Shown here: in pieces, positions 9,932 to 19,420 of the stretch | Layout: the number at the start of each line of letters is the position of its first letter | Numbering within the stretch: the stretch's first letter is position 1 | Virus record (IMG/VR): IMGVR_UViG_3300032053_000040 | Location: 13,292 to 77,291 of that record | DNA from: a virus | DNA length: 64,000 nucleotides | Strand: one strand, 5' to 3' | The notes under the pieces: model-generated | What the model was told of the DNA's origin: nothing | What the model saw: the letters and a program-made list of their open reading frames with translations, nothing else | The model's database searches: none | Made by a program: the position numbers and the translations under genes

Positions 9932-10905
9932 CGATTGTTACCAATACTTGCAGAACTATGATAACTAATTTGTAAATAAATAGCGGCAAAACAAAAACCT
10001 GGAAATCCCCAAAAAAAGAGAAAAAACACGTTGAATTTACGTGTTTTATATATATGTATTATTTTGGAATAGGAATAGAAAGTAAATAAGAAAAAAGAAA
10101 AGAGACTAAACTGGTAACCTTCAAAATACTTATCATACTTGCGAAACTATTTTCTCCCTCCAAAAAGTATAAATATCCCTAATCCACAAATAGTATCTTC
10201 ATGATACTAAAGTCTGGTGTCTGGGAAGATCCTATCAGGGTTGCCACCATAACCAGAAGGATCAGGTTTGACGGCCAGAAAAGGCTATCAGACTTTAGTT
10301 TCCGAAGGCGCTCAACCAGAACCCGATAACTTGGTATCCCGGCTCCCCCAAGGCACGGCCCAAAAACCAGGTGTCCGGGTCAAATGTCTTTTTTCGGTTC
10401 TAATAGAATCCTCAGCCACATTTTTACCCCCCCCATTATATATCACAAAACCAGTAACACTCACAATCACGAGCCTCACACGCAGCACCTACCAATACCG
10501 ATTTCAAGCCATTCCTATATACTATGGCGCGTTTTAAATACTCCCCACCAAAAATAATATGCCAATAATAACACACTCCCAAACAATCATAACACTTAAC
10601 ATTTTGAGATTAACACAAGACTATCTACCACATAAAATAAACAAACACTAACCCAAATTTTAGCAGCGCCTACCAATAGCGATTTTTGTAAAGACCATTT
10701 TTCAAAAATTTTTACATAATCACAATAAATAAAGTAAATCCCACCGCTAAAAAATATTATATCAAAACTAATTAAACAAGTTTACAGATGATGAAAAGCC
10801 CCCGTCCCCCGTATCATCTGATTTTAATTTTAAATGTTGCAAGATATCAGTTACTTTTAAATAGCCGTTATGCTCTAGGTTTAGGTTATCCAGAGGTCGA
10901 AAATA
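9932..10905. other. Large AT-rich non-coding region, candidate replication origin or control region
   Basis: No credible ORF; imperfect direct repeats ATACTTGC(AG/GA)AACTAT and GCAGCRCCTACCAATASCGATTT; A/C-skewed. Confidence 0.5.
10206..10394 (+). ncRNA. Candidate structured small RNA (two stem-loop domains)
   Basis: TATAAATA at 10168; ACTAAAGTCTG/CAGACTTTAGT stem 10206-10299; second hairpin 10321-10380; T6 at the end. Confidence 0.5.
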
Positions 10906-12195
10906 ATGAAGGTCCCGGTATCTGATGTTTACGTTCCAGCATCTAGGCGAGCTCTTGATCTGGAGAAGGTAAAGGAGATTGCTGATAGCATCCGCGAGAT
11001 AGGTTTGCTCTATCCTATTACTATTGTTAAAAACGATATTCCTGATGCCAAAGAACCCTGGAGACTTGTCGCCGGCAGGCACCGCCTGGAAGCAGCCAGG
11101 ACGGAGCTTAAACAGGACGAGATCGAGGCCACCGTAATTGATCTCGACATGCTGCATCAGGAGTTGGCTCAGATAGATGAGAACCTCATGCGTGCCAGAT
11201 TACATTTCATCGATGAAGGCGAAGCCCTAGCCCGCCGAAAAATCATTTGGGGGATACTATATCCCGAGACAAAGGTCGGCGGAGACAGACGCAGCCAGGA
11301 GTATATATCAAAATCAAAACGAAATGATTTCAAGCAGAAAGGATTCGCTCAGGATGCGGCTGCCAAACGTCACGTAACCCCCAGGACTATCCATCAGGAA
11401 GTCCAGATAGCGACACGGCTCGCGGGACCTGTTAAAGATCTGGTGAAGAAAGAGGATATGCAAAAGGCGGAAGTTCTTCGACTGACCAGGTCCCCTCCAG
11501 ACGAGCAGATGAAACTTGCCAAGATGATCGAAGCCGGCGAGGCCAAGACCGTCCGAGAGGCTGAGAAGTTACTCTACAAAGAGAAGACGATCCAACGAGG
11601 TAGGAAGGCCAAGGTCCAGCTCGATGCCTTGTTTGAGGTAGGCGACTATGAGGAGCTCATGGGTCTCATGACCGAGGGCAGTATCTCGGCGATAGTGTCC
11701 CATATCCCGCCAGGAATCGATCTGGAGGCCTTCCTCAAGCACTCTATCAGGGTGCTTGGCCCAGAGGGACAGATGGCACTCCAAACCACGCCAGGAGGTC
11801 TGAGACAAATCCTGGCCCATATCCCAGAGGATCTAAACTATGTCTGGACGATTGCAAACCTACTCAGCCATACCACCGACAAACCCGACGAGATCAGGTC
11901 GAGTTGGTTGCCAGTCGTCCTGCTGGCCAAGAATGGGATACGCCAGGGAGGTTCGGATGTTATCGTGCGGAGCAGCGAGAACCTCAAGTCTACAGAAGAT
12001 TGCGCGGTTCAAATAATCAATCGCGTCAGCAAACCGGGTGATATAGTCCTGGACCCCTTCTTAGGAGAGCACATCATGTCTTTGATGGCCGCGCACATAG
12101 GTCGAAAGTTTAGGGCTATATCCAAAGACCAGGAATCAGTCGACCTTGCAAAAGGACGTCTGGAGGCTCTCCAGGGAGTCCTCTTCCAGATCTAA
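10906..12195 (+). CDS. ParB/Srx N-terminal domain fused to a degenerate DNA methyltransferase-like domain
   Basis: LVAGRHRLEA...IDENLMR (ParB); KPGDIVLDPFLG...GRKF (MTase motif I region); no DPPY. Confidence 0.8.
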   Translation: MKVPVSDVYVPASRRALDLEKVKEIADSIREIGLLYPITIVKNDIPDAKEPWRLVAGRHRLEAARTELKQDEIEATVIDLDMLHQELAQIDENLMRARLHFIDEGEALARRKIIWGILYPETKVGGDRRSQEYISKSKRNDFKQKGFAQDAAAKRHVTPRTIHQEVQIATRLAGPVKDLVKKEDMQKAEVLRLTRSPPDEQMKLAKMIEAGEAKTVREAEKLLYKEKTIQRGRKAKVQLDALFEVGDYEELMGLMTEGSISAIVSHIPPGIDLEAFLKHSIRVLGPEGQMALQTTPGGLRQILAHIPEDLNYVWTIANLLSHTTDKPDEIRSSWLPVVLLAKNGIRQGGSDVIVRSSENLKSTEDCAVQIINRVSKPGDIVLDPFLGEHIMSLMAAHIGRKFRAISKDQESVDLAKGRLEALQGVLFQI

Positions 12196-12258
12196 TCTCT
12201 TTTCTATCGTTTTTTATAGGGCAAAAGTTTATATAACATTTTATGATATCTATAGTTC

Positions 12259-12864
12259 ATGCGAGAGCTTGAGCTACATGGTGATATCGAAACTATTTTT
12301 TCAGAGGTAAAAGAACAGCTTGCGGCCGAACTAAACCAGCCGGTGGATACCTTGAAGGCCGTGGGCCTGCGTTTCGTACTTTACGACGAAGAACTTGACC
12401 AGGTGTACGAACGACAGGCTTCTTCTGCTGATTTCAATATGCGGAAGTTAATTCCGGCGATAACGGACGAGCTGGGACTGAGCCAGGCCTGGAACGTAGT
12501 CGTCAAAACGATGGCCGCAGTAACTTCGATCCTCGAACGGGATAACCTCGCCCACCACGATTCTATCTGGTTTGTTGATAACTACCTGGAGGAGGGCCTG
12601 GAGGGACTGAAGCTGGCGCTGGTCTTCGAAATCCTTGACGTCTTTCCAGAAGACGAGCTGGAGGAAATCAAACGGGAGGTCCAGGAGCAGATCAAAACCC
12701 TCATCGATGCCTATCTCACGACTCAGAAGCCGCAACCAATGAGAGACCTGGTTAGGCTGGCGTCCAGGACGATTCAGGTTCACATCTACCAGAAGGGTGA
12801 TGAGGTGATGGAGAAATTGATCGAGGAGATGAAGGTGGGATCAAATGCGACTGAAATTCTCTGA
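12259..12864 (+). CDS. Hypothetical acidic protein
   Basis: 201-aa ORF just downstream of TTTATATA. Confidence 0.6.
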   Translation: MRELELHGDIETIFSEVKEQLAAELNQPVDTLKAVGLRFVLYDEELDQVYERQASSADFNMRKLIPAITDELGLSQAWNVVVKTMAAVTSILERDNLAHHDSIWFVDNYLEEGLEGLKLALVFEILDVFPEDELEEIKREVQEQIKTLIDAYLTTQKPQPMRDLVRLASRTIQVHIYQKGDEVMEKLIEEMKVGSNATEIL

Positions 12865-13216
12865 CCCCCGGGTCCAGGCAGCTCTGGACGAGATGGAGAA
12901 ATCGCAGGGCAAATTCAGATCGGAGATGACCCAGATTCTGAAACGACTAGAAGATCTGCGAAAGATCCGTTGTGGAATCGATATCCTGCCGGAAGGCGAT
13001 TTTTGGGAAGGCAGGCCGCTCGAACCAGAACCCGAACCAACTCTGGAAGATCCTTATACAGAAGTCTGGGGTATTGTAGGCGTGATAGGCCTAAGTGATG
13101 TCGAACTGCTAGGCTTTCCCGCGTTAACCGAAGCACTACGTAAGTTCGAGGGTAAAGAGGTACGGATAGAGATAACGAGCAAAGAGTTTATTGATGAGAT
13201 TCTGGAGGATTGGTGA
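12845..13216 (+). CDS. Hypothetical protein
   Basis: Overlapping operon-style ORF. Confidence 0.55.
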   Translation: MRLKFSDPRVQAALDEMEKSQGKFRSEMTQILKRLEDLRKIRCGIDILPEGDFWEGRPLEPEPEPTLEDPYTEVWGIVGVIGLSDVELLGFPALTEALRKFEGKEVRIEITSKEFIDEILEDW

Positions 13217-13337
13217 AATATGAAACTAGAACCTGTAGACCCTCTAGCCGGATGTTCGAACGACTGTGATGATCTTGCGAGAGCGAAGAGGATCGCAAGG
13301 GCAATGGCTGCCAGGAAGGAGATTGAGAGAGACATCC

Positions 13338-13586
13338 ATGAGTAAGACATATTATCTTCGGGATATCAGCACTATCAAGTTTCTTCGTGGCCTTGCCGAC
13401 AAAATAGAGTCAGGCGAATTTGAAGCTGGCCATGGATACGTGGTGGAGAGGAAGACCAAAGGCCGCAAGTATATAAAATTCACCGGCCTGATGGAGATCA
13501 AGTTCTGGCTAAAAGATACCTCCATCGAAGGAAAGTCATCGGATGAGGATGTAGGATGGCCGCCTCCCTTCGGCGACGTGTGGTGA
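13338..13586 (+). CDS. Hypothetical protein
   Basis: Probable start ATG at 13338 (MSKTYYLRD). Confidence 0.5.
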   Translation: MSKTYYLRDISTIKFLRGLADKIESGEFEAGHGYVVERKTKGRKYIKFTGLMEIKFWLKDTSIEGKSSDEDVGWPPPFGDVW

Positions 13587-13592
13587 ACAACT

Positions 13593-13808
13593 ATGGCCGA
13601 GCACAGAAACGATCCTGACGAAAAACTATCACCTCCCCTTTTGCAACGTTTTGTAGGCAAGAAATGTGAGATCCAGCTCCTCTCGGGCAGGACAGTAATC
13701 GCCGTGCTCATCGGCTATCGGAAGTATGAGCTTCTGGTGAGCGAAGGAGGTTGGGAGAAGGTTATCAATAAGCACGCAGTAGCGAGCGTATCATTTAGAA
13801 GAGACTAA
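13593..13808 (+). CDS. Hfq-like Sm-fold protein
   Basis: Sm1 GKKCEIQLLSGRTVIAVLIGYRKYELLV; Sm2 VINKHAVASV (cf. Hfq VYKHAISTV). Confidence 0.8.
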   Translation: MAEHRNDPDEKLSPPLLQRFVGKKCEIQLLSGRTVIAVLIGYRKYELLVSEGGWEKVINKHAVASVSFRRD

Positions 13809-13827
13809 CTAATTTTGGAGTGATTTC

Positions 13828-14871
13828 ATGGTAAGATGTGACGAATTCTACAACAAGTGGCAACGCTGCGGAAACTTCTGCGAGAAGCATCCCAAGACGG
13901 CCGAAAGGATAGAGAAGTTTCTCGATAAAATCCTGCCCCTTCTCGAAGAAGAAGTGGCAAAAAGTGAAATACTGAAAGGAGCCCTAAAACCGAAAGGGCC
14001 AATCATCTCAGAAACAGCATCCCGTGAACTTCTTGGCGAAGACGAAAAAACTCGCCGGGAGATGGCAAGGCAAATAGTAAAGAAGGCAGAAGAAAAGGCA
14101 ATTGACGGAAAGCCCGTAATGGTGACAGCACCAGAGGTCAAGAACATCTGGGACGTGGTTCAACGGACGGCTGAAAAGAAGTCCAAGTTCAACCTGACCA
14201 ACGACAACATCGAGTGGGCTCGGTACACCTGGAACCCGGTCACTGGTTGCCTGGGTCCGGATGGAAAAGGTGTATGCAGCTACTGTTATGCCCGGGACAT
14301 CTCCATGCGTTTCTACCATACCTTCGAGCCTACGTTCATTCCCGAACGCCTTCATGCTCCGCAGAACACAAAGGTTCCGCAGAACGCCATAGAAGAGCCT
14401 GGGTATAAGAACGTCTTCGTTTGCTCTATGGCCGATCTTTTCGGTGATTGGGTCGACAAAACCTGGATCGAACGTGTCATGCTGGCAGTTACTGAGGCAC
14501 CCCAGTGGACGTTCATATTTCTGACCAAGAACCCAAAGAGGCTCCTGGATACAACCTGGCCGGAGAACGCTTGGGTAGGGACTACTGTGGACGTCCAGGC
14601 CCGGGTAGAGAAGGCCTGCGAGGTCTTCAGAGATCTTGAGGCTCCGGTGAAGTTTCTCAGTTGCGAACCTCTCCTCGAACCTCTGGAGTTCAACGACCTG
14701 TCGATGTTCGACTGGATGATCATAGGCGGCCAGAGTGAGGTCAGCTCCTCCCCGGCATTTCAGCCGGATTGGATGTGGGTCGAGTCTCTATTGATCCAGG
14801 CCCGCAAGTTCGGCCTGAAGGTCTACTTCAAACCGAACCTGGAGAGCAGACCGAAGGAGTTCCCGACATGA
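13828..14871 (+). CDS. Phage Gp37/Gp68 (DUF5131) radical-SAM-like protein with N-terminal extension
   Basis: IEWARYTWNPVTGC...CSYCYA, VFVCSMADLF, LTKNPKR, FLSCEPLL, DWMIIGG. Confidence 0.9.
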   Translation: MVRCDEFYNKWQRCGNFCEKHPKTAERIEKFLDKILPLLEEEVAKSEILKGALKPKGPIISETASRELLGEDEKTRREMARQIVKKAEEKAIDGKPVMVTAPEVKNIWDVVQRTAEKKSKFNLTNDNIEWARYTWNPVTGCLGPDGKGVCSYCYARDISMRFYHTFEPTFIPERLHAPQNTKVPQNAIEEPGYKNVFVCSMADLFGDWVDKTWIERVMLAVTEAPQWTFIFLTKNPKRLLDTTWPENAWVGTTVDVQARVEKACEVFRDLEAPVKFLSCEPLLEPLEFNDLSMFDWMIIGGQSEVSSSPAFQPDWMWVESLLIQARKFGLKVYFKPNLESRPKEFPT

Positions 14872-15059
14872 ATAAACTTTCAAAATGCCCAAAATGCCTG
14901 TATAGGTGGGAACGACGGGTAAAGGCTCCCAAAGCCTGTCCGAGATGTAAGACCAGGCTCGATGTAAAGCGAAAGATGTCCAATCTAATATATACGGACA
15001 AACCCAAAGATTACAGCAGGTTGGATCTCATCACAGAAAAAGGAGAGATCGAAAGTTAG
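14868..15059 (+). CDS. Zn-ribbon protein
   Basis: CPKCLYRW...PKACPRCKT; ATGA overlap with the preceding gene. Confidence 0.7.
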   Translation: MNKLSKCPKCLYRWERRVKAPKACPRCKTRLDVKRKMSNLIYTDKPKDYSRLDLITEKGEIES

Positions 15060-15457
15060 TGAGGCAAAATGACCATCAAACCGAACCAGGAGAGCAGACC
15101 GAGAGAGTATCCTCTGAGATAGAGGTGATAAAGATGCCTGTATTTCGATACGATATGATTGACCATGATATAGTAGAGAATGTGCGTGTCTGCGTGAGAC
15201 ACGATCAAAGTAATTCGTATCCGATCAATATACCTGATATGAGAACGCGGGCCGTTTTTGCTCAGGAAATAGAGGAGGACAGACAGTATTTACGTGATCT
15301 TGAGAACAAAGTATCCATGCTACAAAATGAACTCAACGAGCTGAAAGAAAAGAGCTCTATCAATAAAAGGCTCTTACGTGTCGAAGAAAAAGTAAATGCA
15401 ATCGACCACCGACTAAAACTCGACAAGATTCTCAAGGCAAGCTACCAAAACCCATAA
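15059..15457 (+). CDS. Hypothetical coiled-coil protein (true start may be downstream)
   Basis: ORF track; C-terminal heptad repeats. Confidence 0.5.
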   Translation: MRQNDHQTEPGEQTERVSSEIEVIKMPVFRYDMIDHDIVENVRVCVRHDQSNSYPINIPDMRTRAVFAQEIEEDRQYLRDLENKVSMLQNELNELKEKSSINKRLLRVEEKVNAIDHRLKLDKILKASYQNP

Positions 15458-15508
15458 ATATCAATACACCATATTAAACTACATGGCAGATTTAGGAGGG
15501 CAAACAGG

Positions 15509-17524
15509 TTGAATATGTGGGAGGAATTCCTCTCGGATAGGTATTATCCGAAAGTCTTGGATCTAGCCGAGCATTTCCCGGACAGACGTAGCCTTTACGT
15601 TAACTTCCGGGACGTCGAGATATTCAACCCGGAGATGGCGGATCGTATCCTCGAATCGCCACCACAGGAACTCAGTGATGCCCAAACAGCTCTGCGCTCG
15701 GTCGACCTACCGCTTGACGTAACCTTCGATGAAAACACGTTTCTTCGTATCCTCAACCTCCCCTTAACCCAACGATACCGTGCCAGCCAGCTCCGAGCGG
15801 AACACGTCGGCAAACTAATAGCTATCGAGGGCATGGTCCGGACGGCGACGGAGATCCGGCCTAAGATAGTCTCAGCGATGTACAGGTGCCAGAGGTGCGG
15901 CCAGGAGTTCTTCAAATCTCAATCCGGCTTCCAGTTTGACGACAAGAACATTCGTTGCGACAACGATGCCTGCGATAGGGCCGGTCCCTTCAAGTTACTC
16001 CTCGACCAGAGTCGTTTCATCGATGCCCAACGGTTGCGTCTGCAAGAATCCATCGAGGATATAGGAGCCCGATCCATCCCCCAGATCCTGGAGATAGAGG
16101 CCGAAGGAGACATAGCAGGCACAATAAACCCCGGCGACCGCGTAATAGTCAACGGCATAATCACCTCGTACAGGAAACCAGGCAATATTGCCCTATCGAA
16201 CTACTTCGAACTCTACATGAAAGTTGTCTCAATCGAGATGGAAGAACAAGAATATGAAGAGATAGACATCTCCATGCAGGACCAGGCCGAGATCCTGAAG
16301 CTGGCCCAAAAAGGAGACGTCCTCGCCCAGTTCAGGCAATCAATAGCTCCTTCAATATACGGAAACGATGTCATAAAGGAGGCCCTCTCCCTTCAACTCG
16401 TTTCCTCGCCAGAAGTCAAGAACTTTGACGGAACAGTCAACCGGGGCGACATCCATGTCCTACTCGTAGGAGATCCTGGTGTAGCCAAGAGCCAGATGCT
16501 CAGGTACATGGCAAAGATATCTCCCCGGGGCCTCTACACCTCCGGCAAAGGCACCACGTCGGCCGGGCTCACTGCGACCGCAGTAAAGGACGAGCATGGC
16601 GACGGTCGCTGGACTATAGAAGCCGGCGCTCTCCCCCTATCCGACCGGGGCATCTGTTGTATAGATGAAATGGATAAGATGAACGAGAAAGATAGAGAGG
16701 GGCTACACGAGGGCATGGAGCAACAAACCGTAAGTGTCTCAAAGGCAGGCATCTCCGCGACTCTACGTTGCCGCTGTTCCGTCCTGGCCGCTGCGAACCC
16801 TACTGCCGGAAGGTTCGATCGAGCCGGCATAATAGCCGACCAGATCAATCTCCTCCCCACGCTCTTGAGTCGTTTCGACCTAATTTTTATCTGCCTGGAC
16901 GTGCCCGACAAAGACCAGGACCGCGAACTCGCTGATCATATCCTGAACGTGCGAACCCATCCGCAATCCAAAGCTCCCGTCATAGAACCGGCGCTCCTTC
17001 GCAAATACATAGCCTACGCAAGGAGAAACATCTTCCCCGAACTCTCGGAAGAAGCCGGAAAGGAGATCAAAGAGTTCTGGCTGTCTTTGAGGGGCCAGTA
17101 CGGGGGCAAACCCAACCAGCCCATTCCAACGACTGCGAGACAACTCGAAGCTCTCTACAGGCTGGCATCCGCGTCTGCAAGGCTCAGACTCTCTGCGACT
17201 ATCGATGGCCAGGATGCCAAGAAGGCAATCGACCTGACGGAATACTGCATGAAACAGGTCGGAGTCGACCCGGAGACCGGCCTGTTCGACGTAGGCGTGA
17301 TAGACCTGGGAACTCCCAAGACGGAATCGGACAAAACGTTAGTCGTAGAACGCATAATCCGAGAACTAGGTCGGCAATCCCAGGGCAAAGCAGCCGAAGA
17401 GGAGATCCTGGCAGCAGCCTTCCAGCAGGGTATAGACGAGGACCGAGCCAGGAATATCATCTCCAGGATGAGGAGGGATGGGCGATTGGTTGAGCCACGA
17501 AACGGGTTCTACTCGTTTCCATAA
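15509..17524 (+). CDS. mcm: Archaeal-type MCM replicative helicase
   Basis: Zn finger CQRC...CDNDAC, Walker A GDPGVAKS, Walker B IDEMDKM, Arg finger SRFD, C-terminal wHTH. Confidence 0.97.
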   Translation: MNMWEEFLSDRYYPKVLDLAEHFPDRRSLYVNFRDVEIFNPEMADRILESPPQELSDAQTALRSVDLPLDVTFDENTFLRILNLPLTQRYRASQLRAEHVGKLIAIEGMVRTATEIRPKIVSAMYRCQRCGQEFFKSQSGFQFDDKNIRCDNDACDRAGPFKLLLDQSRFIDAQRLRLQESIEDIGARSIPQILEIEAEGDIAGTINPGDRVIVNGIITSYRKPGNIALSNYFELYMKVVSIEMEEQEYEEIDISMQDQAEILKLAQKGDVLAQFRQSIAPSIYGNDVIKEALSLQLVSSPEVKNFDGTVNRGDIHVLLVGDPGVAKSQMLRYMAKISPRGLYTSGKGTTSAGLTATAVKDEHGDGRWTIEAGALPLSDRGICCIDEMDKMNEKDREGLHEGMEQQTVSVSKAGISATLRCRCSVLAAANPTAGRFDRAGIIADQINLLPTLLSRFDLIFICLDVPDKDQDRELADHILNVRTHPQSKAPVIEPALLRKYIAYARRNIFPELSEEAGKEIKEFWLSLRGQYGGKPNQPIPTTARQLEALYRLASASARLRLSATIDGQDAKKAIDLTEYCMKQVGVDPETGLFDVGVIDLGTPKTESDKTLVVERIIRELGRQSQGKAAEEEILAAAFQQGIDEDRARNIISRMRRDGRLVEPRNGFYSFP

Positions 17525-17562
17525 CGCTCTTCCATAGAAAATATTAAATTAAAGGACTGACC

Positions 17563-17889
17563 TTGAATATCATGATGGAACAAAATACAGTCACGCTGGA
17601 ATCGCTGAAGAAGATCGGGTTCAACGAGACGGAGGCCCGGATACTTGCAGTTCTCGATGCCTCTCAGTTCAAGACGACCGTCGAGATAGCCGACGAGCTG
17701 CTCTACAAACAGTCCCAGATCAGTCGGGCCACAACGCGCCTGGTCGATCTAGGTCTGGTTGAGTTCGGCGAGATCAAGGGCTCTCTAGGTCGCCCGATGA
17801 AGGCGTACAGGTTGGTTCCATCTGCCCTCTGGAACTATCGGCATAGGCTCCTGTCAGAGGCCAGAAAAGCAATCGAGGAGATTGTCTGA
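17563..17889 (+). CDS. TrmB-like wHTH transcription regulator
   Basis: LKKIGFNETEARILAVL...EIADEL...QISRATTRL...GRP..AY. Confidence 0.8.
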   Translation: MNIMMEQNTVTLESLKKIGFNETEARILAVLDASQFKTTVEIADELLYKQSQISRATTRLVDLGLVEFGEIKGSLGRPMKAYRLVPSALWNYRHRLLSEARKAIEEIV

Positions 17890-18200
17890 TGGCCAAAGAT
17901 CTCAGTATCAACGAAAACCTGATCAAAATCTTTGTAGCCACTGGCATGAGACCCGAAGAAGCCAAGGTGCTGCTCTATATGCTTGATGTCGAAGACGATG
18001 CGGTCGTCCAGTCATATGCAATTCGAGCCGCAACAGGCATGAGCCAGCCCCAGATCTCCAGGGCCTTCCAGGGTCACATCAGACGCGGCTGGATAGATGG
18101 CATAAAGCATCTCGGGTACATCCGAACAAAGAGCGTCCGGGCTATCAAGATGGAGATCCTCAAAAGTTATCGGGATGTCGTAGCAATGGCATCTATATAG
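17889..18200 (+). CDS. wHTH regulator, paralogue of the preceding gene
   Basis: GMRPEEAKVLLY...TGMSQPQISRA...RGWI. Confidence 0.7.
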   Translation: MAKDLSINENLIKIFVATGMRPEEAKVLLYMLDVEDDAVVQSYAIRAATGMSQPQISRAFQGHIRRGWIDGIKHLGYIRTKSVRAIKMEILKSYRDVVAMASI

Positions 18201-18231
18201 AATTAAAAAACGGAAGGAGGGCACGCATAAT

Positions 18232-18795
18232 ATGATAAACAAGATAACCTTCAAGGCGGACGAGCGGCTAGTGATGGCACTCGATCTGCTCCAGAAGGAA
18301 GCCAATTTAGATAAAGACGACGTGATCAACAGGGCGATCTACTTTTACCTGGATCTCGGAGGTCCGGACGGAGAGTTCCGTCTCAAGATGCAACACGCAC
18401 TCAAAGACATCTTCGGTTTCAACGACCTGGTAGGCCTGGATAAGTTCATCGAACGCCAGGTAGCTTATTATCTATCCCAAAAGGAGCCATCGCCGCCTCC
18501 AAAAAACACATCGGACCCATCTATCGTTGAGCAGATCCAGACGTACAAGCCAAAGTTGGACGATGCTCTTGGAATTCTGGCTAACGAGCTTGATGGTGGA
18601 AATGATATAAAAGCGGAGGACGTTGCTGCACGATCTGGTCTAAATGTATCCCTCATGTCGCGAATGCTATCCCATTTCGGGATTAATTCCATTCGCAAAC
18701 GTGCAAAAGGCAAACGATCAACCGTCTACGAGCCGGACCAGCTAGACAACGTGAAACAGGCCCTGGAGGGATTGGCAGATGCAAAATCATCATAA
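18232..18795 (+). CDS. DNA-binding protein (N-terminal RHH, C-terminal HTH)
   Basis: KITFKADERLVMALD...KDDVINRAI; EDVAARSGLNVSLMSRML. Confidence 0.6.
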   Translation: MINKITFKADERLVMALDLLQKEANLDKDDVINRAIYFYLDLGGPDGEFRLKMQHALKDIFGFNDLVGLDKFIERQVAYYLSQKEPSPPPKNTSDPSIVEQIQTYKPKLDDALGILANELDGGNDIKAEDVAARSGLNVSLMSRMLSHFGINSIRKRAKGKRSTVYEPDQLDNVKQALEGLADAKSS

Positions 18796-18985
18796 AACGG
18801 AGATCGCTGAAGCGGCAAAGAAAGGCGCGCTTAGTTTTCTAACCAAAGATCAAATCACGGACCCCAACGCATGTTCTTACTGTGGTGGACAACTTTGGTA
18901 TGGGCAATATTATGATCGCAAGTTGAAAATGATGAGGTTCACAGAGACACGAAGGTGTGGAAAATGCCATCGTCTAGAGAGGTAA
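18779..18985 (+). CDS. Small Zn-finger protein
   Basis: CSYC...CGKC. Confidence 0.55.
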   Translation: MQNHHKTEIAEAAKKGALSFLTKDQITDPNACSYCGGQLWYGQYYDRKLKMMRFTETRRCGKCHRLER

Positions 18986-19022
18986 AGCGAAAAAAATATA
19001 AGCTGCGGAGGTGAACAAGGAT

Positions 19023-19130
19023 ATCAGGATAGGCTACGACAACTAAAGTGACTTCTGGATAAGATCTTGGGGTTCTAATTGTATCACCACATATACCTTC
19101 CCCAGGATCGCTGTCGAGGCCTATCCTGAT
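19023..19130 (+). ncRNA. Candidate structured small RNA or 5' leader
   Basis: Perfect 12-bp ATCAGGATAGGC/GCCTATCCTGAT stem; nested CGACA/TGTCG and GATCTTGGGG/CCCCAGGATC; TATA-like AAATATAA ~25 nt upstream. Confidence 0.6.
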
Positions 19131-19141
19131 TTCTTCTCTAA

Positions 19142-19420
19142 ATGCGACTCATTAAGCGGATCGATATAGACGTTTTCATGGTAGAGTCGACTGACGGCGA
19201 CAAGTGCTACCGTGTGGAGTACGTGCGGGGTGTCTGGGTCTGCAATTGTACCGGCTTCCTCATGCACGGCATGTACCAGGACAAAGATTGCATCCATATC
19301 GCAGTAGTCAAGCAAAAGTTCCCAGAGATCAGTCGACGCGCATCCACGATCAAAGTCCGTTGCTCCAATCCTCTAGGATACGAGATAGATATGCTGGCCT
19401 GGGCCAGAGGTGAGGTCTAA
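19142..19420 (+). CDS. SWIM Zn-finger protein
   Basis: YRV...CNC...DCIHIAVV. Confidence 0.75.
   Translation: MRLIKRIDIDVFMVESTDGDKCYRVEYVRGVWVCNCTGFLMHGMYQDKDCIHIAVVKQKFPEISRRASTIKVRCSNPLGYEIDMLAWARGEV

Noticed and set aside
10268-10537. 89-aa ORF in the origin-like region
   Set aside because: TTG start, no SD, overlaps structured and low-complexity DNA.
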